Program-made: the position numbers and the translations under genes
NCBI RefSeq assembly: GCF_001194135.2
Contig: NC_069000.1
Span: 39,294,561-39,358,560 of the forward strand
Direction: 5' to 3'
Source of the DNA: Octopus bimaculoides
Lineage: Eukaryota
Length of the DNA: 64,000 nt
The notes under the pieces: model-generated
Database searches by the model: none
The model's input: the letters and a program-made list of their open reading frames with translations, nothing else
What the model was told of the DNA's origin: nothing
Part shown: positions 12,323 to 25,392 of the stretch, piece after piece
Layout of the letters: each line of letters starts with the position of its first letter
How positions within the stretch are numbered: position 1 is the stretch's first letter

Positions 12323-13239
12323 ATGCTATTTTATTCATATTTTTCGGAAACGTCGAGGTTCCATCATTGGCTCAAATAATCTTGCAAACTCAGATGATGG
12401 TGGTCTTATTTCTTTTCCTATTTTTTACGCCAATACTATTTATTCCGCCATTTCCTGTGCGGTCAGAGTCCTTATGAGAGTTTCTTTGATGTCCAAATTT
12501 AAAAAGAAAATTAATGGAATCTGACATGGCATTGAGATTTCTTCTTGTAATAGCCATCGTACAATTCCCTTGCGGCACTTCNNNNNNNNNNNNNNNNNNN
12601 NNNNNNNNNNNNNNNNNNNNNNNNNNNNNNNNNNNNNNNNNNNNNNNNNNNNNNNNNNNNNNNNNNNNNNNNNNNNNNNNNNNNNNNNNNNNNNNNNNNN
12701 NNNNNNNNNNNNNNNNNNNNNNNNNNNNNNNNNNNNNNNNNNNNNNNNNNNNNNNNNNNNNNNNNNNNNNNNNNNNNNNNNNNNNNNNNNNNNNNNNNNN
12801 NNNNNNNNNNNNNNNNNNNNNNNNNNNNNNNNNNNNNNNNNNNNNNNNNNNNNNNNNNNNNNNNNNNNNNNNNNNNNNNNNNNNNNNNNNNNNNNNNNNN
12901 NNNNNNNNNNNNNNNNNNNNNNNNNNNNNNNNNNNNNNNNNNNNNNNNNNNNNNNNNNNNNNNNNNNNNNNNNNNNNNNNNNNNNNNNNNNNNNNNNNNN
13001 NNNNNNNNNNNNNNNNNNNNNNNNNNNNNNNNNNNNNNNNNNNNNNNNNNNNNNNNNNNNNNNNNNNNNNNNNNNNNNNNNNNNNNNNNNNNNNNNNNNN
13101 NNNNNNNNNNNNNNNNNNNNNNNNNNNNNNNNNNNNNNNNNNNNNNNNNNNNNNNNNNNNNNNNNNNNNNNNNNNNNNNNNNNNNNNNNNNNNNNNNNNN
13201 NNNNNNNNNNNNNNNNNNNNNNNNNNNNNNNNNNNNNNA

Positions 13240-13430
13240 AGAACAGACACAAAAAGAAACAACGGGAGGACGTGGTACATGTAAAGTATTAGCAAACGCT
13301 CTGTGAAAGAGAGAAAGATAGCTTAATGATTCGAGCAGTGCTCTTCTTCAGAAACACCGGAAAGTCCAATAGAAAAGGAAGACAAATGAAGAAAATCGCC
13401 AACGATTCACATGCGGTTACATATATATTA
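13240..13430 (-). mobile_element. Penelope-like terminal-repeat fragment with a degenerate hammerhead motif (~13322-13356)
   Basis: Minus strand GTTT-CTGAAGA-A-GAGC-ACT-GCTC-GAAT-CAT-T-AAGC. The flanks share a sequence skeleton with 58933-59140. Confidence 0.55.
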
Positions 13431-13670
13431 CATATAAGGATAAGTATATTAAAAGAGGGAAGTGTGAAAATTCATTTAAATAAAAGGGTTGGGAACCAGT
13501 GCTGTGAACGACTGTGAAAAGCTTGGGAATCACTGGTGTAGCCCCTAAAAATATAATCAGCAGTTAGAGGAATCGCCGTACTCAAATCTTTAGCATTAGG
13601 CAAGAGATTTTAAAAAGTACATATTATCAGGTAAAATATATAACTATTAAACTAAATGTATATAGTAACA

Positions 13671-14100
13671 TCCTTTTCTACTCTACACACAAGGCCCGAA
13701 ATTTTGGGGTAAAGGGCCAGTTGATTAGATCCACACCAGTATGCAACTGATACATAATTTATTGAACCCGAAAGGATGAAAGCAAAGTTTACCTCGGCGG
13801 AATTTGACCTCAGAACATAAAGGCAGACGAAATGCCGCCAAGCATTTCGCCCGGTGTGCTAACGTTTCTTATTTCTTTATTGCCCACAAGGGGCTAAACA
13901 TAGAGCGGACAGACAAGGACAAACAAAGGGATTAAGTCGATTACATCGACCCCAGTGCGTAACTGATACGTATTTCATCGACCCTGAAAGGATGAAAGGC
14001 AAAGTCGACCTCGGCGGAATTTGACCTCAGAACGTAAAGACAGACGAAATACCGCTAAGCATTTCGCCCGGCGTGCTAACGTTTCTGCCAGCTCATCGCC
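13671..14100 (-). mobile_element. Dimeric SINE family A element (two monomers with different tails)
   Basis: Two copies of GAAACGTTAGCAC(A/G)CCGGGCGAAATGCTT..GAGGTCAAATTCCGCCGAGGT in tandem, joined at ..CAATAAAGAAATAA. Confidence 0.9.
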
Positions 14101-14669
14101 TTTGTATATAATATTATCATCGACATCATTATCATCGTCGTTGTAGTCGCCGTTTTCGTTGCAGTCATCATCGTCGTCATCGTCATCATTGTTGTCGTCC
14201 TTGCTATTTTCGTCATCACCGCTGTCAGAAATGCTATAGACGGTAATATCCACTACTTTGAGAACAATGAATATGCACCAATGTAACGTTGATATTTGCT
14301 ATTGATCTCTAGTGTCATTCTACACGATAAAGCTTATTTGGCAGCATCCGTTATATATTGATGAAGTTAAAGGTAATTGTGATAAAAAAAAGAATGGCGA
14401 TGGATGGAATCCGATAAGGTAGAACTACGGTAAAATACATATGAAAGTAAACATGTAAACGTAGGCAGTCGTTACTTATAACACTAAAGAACCGAGATCT
14501 GATGTTTCACCTGCTAGTCACGCTAAATATAATGGTGGTTATCACGTGAACAGTGTAGAGAGTTACATGATATACTAAGCAGGTAAAAAGCGCGGCTTGC
14601 AATAATAATTTTCAGCATGACAATGCTATGGTATTGATTATGACACATTTTTTATGGAATTCATATAGA

Positions 14670-14757
14670 AGAACAAGAACAAGAAGAACAAGAACAAGAA
14701 GAAGAAGAACAACAAGAAGAAGAACAACAAGAAGAAGAAGATGAAAAGATGAAGACG

Positions 14758-14789
<32 letters not shown>

Positions 14790-14795
14790 GAAGAA

Positions 14796-14855
<60 letters not shown>
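14670..14855. repeat. Compound (AAG/AAC)n + (TAG)n microsatellite
   Basis: Direct reading. Confidence 0.95.
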
Positions 14856-14856
<1 letters not shown>

Positions 14857-15169
14857 TAAATAAATCTATGCATAGAAACTAGAAAAGCTGCAAAATATAG
14901 AGAAAAGGATTTGCAATATTCTCATTGTCCAAAACCGTGACTTCATAGGAGATTCTTATATCATAGCCTCTTTTCATCTTTATAATTTCTAAATGCCATC
15001 ATCGTCTCCACTTTTCCTCATAAGATATTAAAAACGTCTACACATTTCGTACATTTCGTACCTATTATTTGTACTCCTCTTTGTAACCGCTAGAAACTTT
15101 CGATAAAGCCTTTTCTTATTTTTGTAAATTATAGCACATATTTTATTAATATTTTTTCATTATCTTCGG

Positions 15170-15390
15170 GGCTGCAAGCTGGCTGAAACGTTAGCACGCC
15201 GGGCGAAATGTTTAACGGTATTTCGTCTGTCTTTACGTTCTGAGTTCAAATTATGCCGAGGTCGACTTCCCCTTTCATTTTTTTTCGCGATCAATAAATT
15301 AAGTACCAGTTGTGTTATGGGTCGATCCAATCGACTAGCCCTCTACACCAAAAAACATTTCGGGTCTTGTGCCTAGCGTAGAAAAGAATT
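15170..15390 (+). mobile_element. SINE family A copy
   Basis: GCTGGCTGAAACGTTAGCACGCCGGGCGAAATG..GAGTTCAAATTATGCCGAGGTCGAC..GTAGAAAAGAATT. Confidence 0.9.
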
Positions 15391-16086
15391 TTAAAATTTA
15401 TTTTTGTTTTATATTACTTCATATTTCTTCATATGTTTTATATGCGATGTATAATATTTTTCTTTCCTTTTCACTTGCCATATTCAGTCTATCACCTGTC
15501 GTTGACGTTTTAAATTTCTTATTGTCGTTGGCGGTAGATTTCGCTCAGCACGAGATTAGCTCCAAGTACGTCCTGCCTACAAAAATCGTGAAGGCAGAAA
15601 TTACTATCCAACATTCTCTGCTACCCACTGTTGATATTAATTGAATTTTTAAACGCAACAGATCCATACGAAATTCTACCTCCGGACTATCACAACAGTA
15701 CATTTCTGTTCGCGTGATATATTTCCCCTAGAAATGTTAATCTAATACTGTTTCCGATGCATATAACGGACACAAAATAACATTGCTACATTCTAAAATC
15801 CATTATTAACATGTCTTGAAAACCTAGATAAAATATATTTCAATATAATATACTTTGCATTCATAATGTTACGATCAGACAAATTATAATGTAAGAAAAA
15901 GGGATAAACTTCTGATCTCAACAACAAAGTATTCAAACAGGGGAGTAAATATTCATAGATGGAGATTATGTCCATGTCTCAATTGTTTCAAGGTAGGTGG
16001 TGAACGGTCCGACCCGTATGCAGCTCCGTCTCTCGTTTTTCGTACTATCCGTGCCAAAACTCTCGCTGTCTTCCTCACTCCACTTT

Positions 16087-16268
16087 TTAACAGGAAGTAC
16101 GAGATTACCTGCCTTGCTCGTTAACAGGAAGTGAACGAGGTTACCTGTCTCGTACTATGCTAACTTCCTGTATATATATTTGGTTAACCATACCAACGTC
16201 ACTTCCTTTCTGTTATACAGTCGTTGACAAACGTTCATCTCGCCACCTTCGGAAAATATAGGGTAAGT
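16087..16268 (+). promoter_or_regulatory. Candidate Pol II promoter with short first exon (TSS ~16201, exon to 16262)
   Basis: ACAGGAAGT at ~16090 and ~16124, inverted ACTTCCTG at 16163, TATATATA at 16171, Inr-like TCACTTC with its A at 16201 (30 nt after the TATA start), and donor GG/GTAAGT at 16263. Confidence 0.45.
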
Positions 16269-16574
16269 TCTCACTCTTCATTATATTTTAGGTATACATA
16301 ACAATAATTAGAGTAGATGATTTATACTTGGTTTCATCATAACGATTCAATAAAATTTACTCTTGACACACATTTTAAAAATTTTACTTACCGTACTAAG
16401 GTATTAAAACATTAATACATTTGTCCAATACAGACTATTCGCGATATAACTTTTAAAATGAACCATAAGCCATGCTAATATTGTGAATTTATAAAGTCGG
16501 CGTGCTGGCAGAAACGTTAGCACGCCGGTCGAACTGCTTTGCGGTATAACGGCTCTATGAATTATTGTGAATTA

Positions 16575-16720
16575 GATATATATAGATAGATAGATATATA
16601 TATAGATAGATATATATATATATATAGATAGATAGATAGATATATATAGATAGATAGATATATATAGATAGATAGATATATATAGATAGATAGATATATA
16701 TAGATAGATAGATATATATA
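16575..16720. repeat. (TAGA)n/(TA)n compound microsatellite flanking a gap
   Basis: Direct reading. Confidence 0.95.
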
Positions 16721-19700
16721 NNNNNNNNNNNNNNNNNNNNNNNNNNNNNNNNNNNNNNNNNNNNNNNNNNNNNNNNNNNNNNNNNNNNNNNNNNNNNNNN
16801 NNNNNNNNNNNNNNNNNNNNNNNNNNNNNNNNNNNNNNNNNNNNNNNNNNNNNNNNNNNNNNNNNNNNNNNNNNNNNNNNNNNNNNNNNNNNNNNNNNNN
16901 NNNNNNNNNNNNNNNNNNNNNNNNNNNNNNNNNNNNNNNNNNNNNNNNNNNNNNNNNNNNNNNNNNNNNNNNNNNNNNNNNNNNNNNNNNNNNNNNNNNN
17001 NNNNNNNNNNNNNNNNNNNNNNNNNNNNNNNNNNNNNNNNNNNNNNNNNNNNNNNNNNNNNNNNNNNNNNNNNNNNNNNNNNNNNNNNNNNNNNNNNNNN
17101 NNNNNNNNNNNNNNNNNNNNNNNNNNNNNNNNNNNNNNNNNNNNNNNNNNNNNNNNNNNNNNNNNNNNNNNNNNNNNNNNNNNNNNNNNNNNNNNNNNNN
17201 NNNNNNNNNNNNNNNNNNNNNNNNNNNNNNNNNNNNNNNNNNNNNNNNNNNNNNNNNNNNNNNNNNNNNNNNNNNNNNNNNNNNNNNNNNNNNNNNNNNN
17301 NNNNNNNNNNNNNNNNNNNNNNNNNNNNNNNNNNNNNNNNNNNNNNNNNNNNNNNNNNNNNNNNNNNNNNNNNNNNNNNNNNNNNNNNNNNNNNNNNNNN
17401 NNNNNNNNNNNNNNNNNNNNNNNNNNNNNNNNNNNNNNNNNNNNNNNNNNNNNNNNATATATATATATATATATATATATATAGATATATATATATGTGT
17501 GTGTGTGTGTATTTTATGTGTGCTTACATGTACGTTTTCGTACATTGTACCGATACATTATGGATAGAGAGATTGCATAAAAAAAGAGAATTATATTTTT
17601 GAAAGATGAACACGACCTGTATACCAAGATCTTCAAACTTTGATTCAGTTTGAACCCTTTTACATAATGTTGTTGTATTTATAAGTTATGTGTTGTTGTT
17701 TTAGGTGTAGATTATGTTTTAGCTCCGGCTGAAACGTGATCGAATTCAATTATGATCAATAGCCTTCTGTGCAGAGTATTTACGTTTGTATGTTCATAAC
17801 ACGCACAACAGAACACCACAGGTGCGATTGGATTTTGTAGTGCATCACTGCTTCCGCCGTTCCTCGGTCTTTCCATAGTCTTCTTGTATGTCACTTTTGC
17901 ACCATTCAAGCGAGAATCCTCCTACCCATCGGATCTGTTTATGAAATCGTTGCTGATGCAGCTTGAACGTGATCAGAGAGCAAATAGAGAAAATACCCCA
18001 GCAGCCTCTTCTAGTCTCTCTTACTTCGTGTCTGTGACTTTCCCTGTTGTCCCACCCCTCCTCACTTCCTTATAACAGACATATTTTTAGGGCAACAATA
18101 TTCGTCATTATTTTGTCCACGGTTAGTCTGAATCACCGGGCTCCGTTCATGACGTTAATTCTCGGTCATAAACCAAATATTGAGATCCACACTTCAACGT
18201 ACATTTCCCACAAAAATGTAACAACACTTTATATTTCTGTTATCATCAAAGTTTAAACTGTAATACGAATACTTTACCACTTGTGTTCATACATCATTGC
18301 ATGTACTTACTGATGTTATTATAGTATCCGTAAATAAATCTTCATCAGAATACCGGTAAGTTGAAACCTTAATATGTAACATAAGTTGTCCTTTCAAGCA
18401 AATAGTTACTCCATATAAGTAAGCAAATATAATTGATATATTACTGAAGCAAGCATCCATTAACAAATAGAATTTTAAAAAAACCCTGAAAATAAAACAT
18501 CCATAATCGCGAATCTTTTCGTTGATAGTATCGGTGCTTTGTATATTTATAGCATTAGCAGGTGAAAGAATAGATTTCACCGTTCTTATCAAACACACTC
18601 TAACCTATTTAATTCAAGACTTATCGGTAATATTCTTATGACAGCACGTTTCACTAAAGTGTGAAGACATCATTTATGAAGCGTCGATTTAGATGTTCTA
18701 TATATTTAGATCGACGCTGTAAGCGCTGCTGAAATCGATATCAAAATTAATGATGTATTTGTGTGATGAGTTGTCACCTGAAATACTACAATGAACGTCA
18801 ATGATTACCTCAAGAGATAATAAATGAGTGTTAAAAGGTGTTTTTATAATTTTATATATCGATGTAATAAGTGTAAATGTTTAAGATTAACGGAATCTGA
18901 TGTTTGTATAGTTAATTTGTTTTATCAGCTTTACCAGATGGCACTTCACATTTCCTTCTCTTACTTTCCCTCCCCCGTCACTCATTCTTTTTCTCTCTGT
19001 CGCTCGCTTTAAATGCAAAAGTTTATATGTCGTTGTTCTATATATTAATCTCTAAATGAAGTTAATCTGCCAAGTAAGTACATTTTCTTTCCATTGCTAT
19101 TTTACTTTTTCCTGTAAGGCAACCGAGAAAAACTTGAGCACGACCGGTTTCATATGTGGTTACACACCCTGCTATAAATACAGCCAGAGCGCCCAGAAAC
19201 GTCAAAAAAATGTTATCAGCAATTTATGCGTTGACATGGAATGATGTACGCCAGCAATGGCTACGTATGTCATGGTTCTATTATTAGGTTTTCAACGGGA
19301 GTGAAATCCAGCAAAGTGTCAACGACGTCGATAAAGAGTGATTAAGGAAACACAGAAGGTGGAAAAGAAATAGGAAACCAAGGTTTCTAACATGGACACC
19401 TGGCGTTTTATCTGTCAAATCTTTGCGTCATTAATCTAGTGAAATAATAAAACATTGTCTGCTCATGACTGTCAAACAAGATGGTGTAATCTTGTGTCAG
19501 GTTGTGGGCTTGCATTGCAAGACACAAAATACACATCATGACAAAAGTGAAATATCAGATATGACAAGTGAAATGAGTTCTTGACGAACTAGGGGAGGCA
19601 ACAGAAAATCCATGAACGCGATTGTTGCCAAGAACCTATAATAGGTAATTTGCCGTGAAGGGTTAGAAGAACCATTTAGTTTACTGGAAAATGAGCTCAG

Positions 19701-20758
19701 TAGAGCATTTACAAGTAGATATAACTGGGTGATGGGAAGAAGTAGAGGGTGGAAGAAAGCATTCTGTAGAAGATAGGAGTTTTGGCTATAAGAAGGAAGA
19801 ATAAGCAAGGAGTTACTTGACATATAATGGAGGGCACGAGTTGTTATCCGTCGTGAGTGTTATCGAGTATACATAGTTATACATAATTGATATACACAAG
19901 ATATATGTANNNNNNNNNNNNNNNNNNNNNNNNNNNNNNNNNNNNNNNNNNNNNNNNNNNNNNNNNNNNNNNNNNNNNNNNNNNNNNNNNNNNNNNNNNN
20001 NNNNNNNNNNNNNNNNNNNNNNNNNNNNNNNNNNNNNNNNNNNNNNNNNNNNNNNNNNNNNNNNNNNNNNNNNNNNNNNNNNNNNNNNNNNNNNNNNNNN
20101 NNNNNNNNNNNNNNNNNNNNNNNNNNNNNNNNNNNNNNNNNNNNNNNNNNNNNNNNNNNNNNNNNNNNNNNNNNNNNNNNNNNNNNNNNNNNNNNNNNNN
20201 NNNNNNNNNNNNNNNNNNNNNNNNNNNNNNNNNNNNNNNNNNNNNNNNNNNNNNNNNNNNNNNNNNNNNNNNNNNATATATATATATATATATATATACA
20301 TACATACATACATGTACATATATAGGTGTGTATGTGTACATGAGTGTTGAATATGCAAATATATTACAGCTCTAGACCTGAAGGTGCTATCAGTACAATC
20401 AAAAGTATAGAAGAATCACAAATTTTACAAATGTAGCATACGCAACGTATATGCAGTATTTGCTTCTTTTAAAACGTTTACACTCGCCAGACTCTTTTAT
20501 GTTACTGCATTTTTACATTCTTTTTCCCATATAACAGTTTAAAAATAGACAAAGCTCATCATCTTGAAAGCATTAATGCAAAATATTCCCATGTCTCATT
20601 TTAATTCCTTCCGTTTCTAATAGAATGTCTTAGTATGGATGTCTTAATATGAAATTATATCTTAAAAAATTAATGTCTTAATACGAATGTCAAATATAAA
20701 TGACTTAATATAAAGTCATATCTAAGAAATTTAATTTTTCTATATCGATAAGCTTTAT

Positions 20759-20802
<44 letters not shown>

Positions 20803-22566
20803 CCTGCGTGTCTTGACATTTTATTGGTTAAAATGTAAGTTTATGATCCGCAGATAGTATTGAAGTCGTTCCTATGCGCTATGTAATTGTATCCCATAAC
20901 TCGTATTTATTTCTACTTTGGTATGTATGATATTTGTGTAACTAACATTATCTGATATTTTTAAGCATATATATATATATTTTTCAATATTTTCCTTCAC
21001 GTGAATCGGCAACATCATCAATTCTGTTAAAACTATTTTGAGTGTAAAACTTTGTTTGACATTTTTTGAAGATTTTACAGTTTTAAAATCACGTTACAGG
21101 AAATAACTGTTATGGCATCAAAATGGAAATTATTACATTACTCAAAACTTGTTCACCATCCAAAATGAATGTATAAAGCTATTTACTGGAATCATTATTC
21201 TGCTTGAACAGCACAGTGTGAAATGTTCATTTTCATTTGATGTTCCAAAATAAAATATCGTTCTTATATACCTTTTAATTACTAGCATGATACTTCAAGT
21301 TGATGGAGAGCTCCAAGTTTTCTTGTTTCCTGATAACAGTTAAAGCAATAAGGAAATAATGTCCAAAACATTTCTTGCCATAAAACTTCTCCTGTATTCT
21401 TAAAATTATCGGAATCTTCGTTAAAAAAAACCAACGCATTGACTGCGATATATCTACAAATATTTATGTCGCGACACAGTGAGAAATGTATATGTAGGAA
21501 ACAAGTGTCTTTCCTACGAAGTATATTGTACAATCACTACATCACTGCAGCTAATTCTACCCAGATTTGTAACGAACAATACTGGCACAGCAAGTGTATA
21601 TGTTTATAAATGTATATACGAAACTCACTATATATGTATTTGTGTACGTATGTAGATGAATCTTGGCGGGATTAGAAGTTTGAATTTTGATTTGAAGAAC
21701 AAGGAAGGAGCCACATAGAATATTTATAGTTATTTGTCACTCACCTCTAAAAATAATGTATAGTATCTAGTCATAGTTAATCCTGTATAACACCATTATA
21801 TTCTTTTTACAAATATAAAACGTGACATAACTCGAGACAAGTAAACAAACATTTTACTAAGCAAGACATTTCTTACAGATGAAAAACAATTATTGTTTGG
21901 AAGACATTCATGGAATGTATGTTTTCTTTTCCATTTTTCTCTATACATTTTTCTAATTCTATGCACGACATTCTTTCATTCCCGGTTCCCTTCTTTAACA
22001 CTTCAAATACTTTCACCTCTAACTTTCCTTAATTTCCAACTTTGAAATCTTTGTTTTCGCTCAGTGACTTTGGTGCGTGTTACCAGCATTAAAGTTCTTA
22101 TTAACACAATCGTTATTCATGAATATACATTTTATCTCTAAAGCAAACTAATTGTATAATTTCTTATCGTATTGTACCAAAAGACAATTTCTTACTTCTT
22201 CATTTCAATGTTCTCCATCTTCTTTTGTCTTATTTCTGTCGACTCTTTCTCCTAGACACCATTTCGTTTCTCCGGTATTATAGTTTCCTATATATCTGTG
22301 CAAGTTATTTGATTGTGATTAATGCGCCGTTCCTTCCAATTTCCCTTATGTCTCATTATGTGTTCTATTGTCTAACAAAGTTGATATTCTATCACATTTG
22401 CTCCAGGCTTATATTTATATAATTTATCAAACGTTAAATATCTGAAATGCTAAGTACTATATTATAAGCTTATAAACTGTATTACACCAACAGAAGTAAA
22501 TATCGATTTCAAATCTTATATTCCTACTATACAATCGACTGTGTCCTATAAAATATTTACTTCTAG

Positions 22567-22609
22567 GTGTAGTTGATGAGATGCAGGAAATGTTAACAGT
22601 AACCAATAA
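22567..22609 (+). CDS. Candidate 43-nt exon (VVDEMQEMLTVTN)
   Basis: Acceptor TTTACTTCTAG, donor GTAATT, one open frame. Confidence 0.2.
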
Positions 22610-23002
22610 GTAATTATCTTCATTTTAACTCCTAATATCTACTTTCAAGCTCATTATAAAGACAAAGTAATAATTCCTTACATATACGTTGACAACGCAC
22701 GCAAGCACACAAAGACAGGCGCGCGCGCGCTAAAATATACACATACATATAGTCACAGACATGTAAATATATTGATAGTTCAAAATTCAAGATTGCCTAC
22801 CTGTAATTTAGAAATTTATCTGTATGGTATATGCTTACTAAGCTAAATTATTTAATATTCTCACTCAATTATACACGCTTTCTCGACTTCGTTATCACTT
22901 GCGAAAAGAAAGCTTGCACCCTTCACACACTATCCCTAAAACACACATTCACATACATGTTATGCGTATACATACACATATGCATTCCTCTGATAATACT
23001 CA

Positions 23003-23053
<51 letters not shown>

Positions 23054-23425
23054 ACACACACACATAAACGCTCACACGAACATAAATATATTTATAAGCA
23101 CGGAAACGCGTGTACATACACACAGATAAATAGTCAGACAGACAGTAGGCAGATGATAGAGAGCTACAAAAAGAGTCAGATTGATTGATTGATTGATAAA
23201 TTTATTGATTCATTGAACAATTTGATTACATTATATGTATAGATATATACACATATATAGTTAGAGAAATCTGACCATGCAGAGTAACCCGTTTTTTTTA
23301 TATTTTGCATATTAAATAATTTCATTTTAAGTATGGATAATATTGACTTTAGAGAGTTCACTACAATTATTCAAGGCTTCAGTACGATACAGACTCCTAA
23401 AATAAATGCATTGTGTGAGCAGTCC

Positions 23426-23472
<47 letters not shown>

Positions 23473-23551
23473 TTGCGCGGAGTTGTGTCCCCTTGACTGT
23501 CTGTGGTTTGTGTTAGATAAGCGTGGGTTCATTTCTGCGTATGTTTTTGGT

Positions 23552-23929
23552 TTAATTTTTCTTCAAGAAGGGGTTCGCCGATGCGAATTCTATGTTAAAC
23601 TGTGTTTCGTAGTTAATAAAGAAATTGGCTTGTTTTCCCCAGCGTTGTAGGGAGCTTGTTTCTTCAGCTTCACAAGCTGTTTTCCACAGTTTAAAGACCC
23701 TTTGTAAGCGTTGACCATCTGAATGTTTCTTTAATTCGTTGTAGATTTCCTCATCTATGTTTTTAAATTTCTGTTCATTGCTCAGCGCTCGAAGCTTCTG
23801 GAGTTCTATTTCTGTCTTCATTTTTCCCAGTGTTAGTTTCTCCCTTAATTGTCTTTGTTGGTCCTGTTCGTTTGGAATGCGTTTAATTTGGAATTTATGC
23901 GGCAGAATTATTGGTGTAGAGTTTAACAT
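23552..23929 (-). mobile_element. Uninterrupted 125-codon ORF fragment, probably from a retroelement (Penelope-like N-terminal region suspected)
   Basis: Charged, helical, natural-looking protein (..KTEIELQKLRA..KLWKTACEAEE..RW..). It starts at a (TA)n tract, ends ~80 bp from a (GT)n tract, and has no usable splice sites. The family assignment is from recollection only. Confidence 0.45.
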
Positions 23930-23936
23930 TGTGAGG

Positions 23937-23973
<37 letters not shown>

Positions 23974-24081
23974 GTATATATTTATATGTATATATTTATA
24001 TGTATATATTTATATGTATATATTTATATGTATATATTTATATGTATATATTTATATGTATATATTTATATGTATATATTT
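23937..24081. repeat. (TA)n followed by a 14-bp TATATATTTATATG minisatellite
   Basis: Direct reading. Confidence 0.9.
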
Positions 24082-24914
24082 NNNNNNNNNNNNNNNNNNN
24101 NNNNNNNNNNNNNNNNNNNNNNNNNNNNNNNNNNNNNNNNNNNNNNNNNNNNNNNNNNNNNNNNNNNNNNNNNNNNNNNNNNNNNNNNNNNNNNNNNNNN
24201 NNNNNNNNNNNNNNNNNNNNNNNNNNNNNNNNNNNNNNNNNNNNNNNNNNNNNNNNNNNNNNNNNNNNNNNNNNNNNNNNNNNNNNNNNNNNNNNNNNNN
24301 NNNNNNTATATATATATATGCCTGTGTGAGTGCCCGCGCGCGGGGTAGTGGATGTGTGTCTGTACGCGCGCGTCTGTGTTTCGTGGCTGTACTTAACGAA
24401 GATGTTCTTGAGTGTCCGTGGGTGGCTAAACCATCTATTGATGCGGCATTATACATCATTTGTTTTCTAGTAATTTCTTAATTGTCGTTAATCCTTTTAG
24501 ATTTGACATAAAAAAGGAATTCTATCTTAGTATCATTAACTTCTTCTGTAATATGAAAGTACAAGACAAGCTGAAGATACGTAATTTGGGAGTGACTATT
24601 GTTTGGCTTCATTCCTCCTGAGTGATAAAACATAAGTATAATGAAATTAGCAATTAAACCAACGTCGATACATAGGAGAATGCGTTCTTAATGAATAGGT
24701 TTGGGACAATGTTGATTAAATTCTTCAGATCTTAGAATGTAACTGTCATTTTAAACATTTTCTATTATTTAGTAATATTCCTAGAATACACCATAGGCGT
24801 TATAAATAGCGTTTGTGTAATGTCTAATGAAGATAAGGTGCTATTTTCGTGAATCAATCAGAGGCAACGTTTGTTCAAACTTTTGTGTAATCTTTTACAT
24901 TTTTTTCACCACTA

Positions 24915-25010
24915 TATTTTAATGGTACTTGTGTTCGATCTCATTGACTGACACCTTGGGCGATTATTTTCAACTGTAGCTTCGGGCGGGCCATAGGTTT
25001 TTAATGGACT

Positions 25011-25015
<5 letters not shown>
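24915..25015 (+). mobile_element. Degenerate SINE family B fragment
   Basis: GACACCTTGGGCGATTATTTTCAACTGTAGCTTCGGGC resembles the family B CORE-like segment. Confidence 0.6.
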
Positions 25016-25073
<58 letters not shown>

Positions 25074-25159
25074 GAATATTAAATCTCTGAGCGGGCAGTA
25101 AACAGCAGCAGTACGGAATGGTAAAATATAATTGCTAACTAAATGTGGCGGTCCCATTT

Positions 25160-25225
25160 AGGACGATGCTAATGTTGTTTTTATCCCCAGGAGGACATCT
25201 CCTCCAGCTGGCTAACGACACAGTG
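25160..25225. mobile_element. Fragment of the repeat family also present at 49757-49945
   Basis: CCCCAGGAGGACATCTCCTCCAGCTGGCTAACGACAC versus CCCCAGGAGACATCGCCTCCGGCTGGGCTGTACGACAC. Confidence 0.7.
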
Positions 25226-25392
25226 TGCCGTTGGAAATTAAATTTTGCGATATATACCTACATACATATATATATATGAACAGGTTTGAAAGAAAAAGAC
25301 TGCTGAGACCCCCTTCGGTCATGACTGACCATGGCATTGCACCTAGAAAGTTACCCTCCCAGGCACAAGTTCGGGCAAGGTTGTTTATGGAA

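Noticed and set aside
13484-13542. Two hAT-like 3' terminal motifs (GTTGGGAACCAGTG, CTTGGGAATCACTG)
   Set aside because: No matching 5' ends are visible (they may lie in the gap), so no element can be defined.
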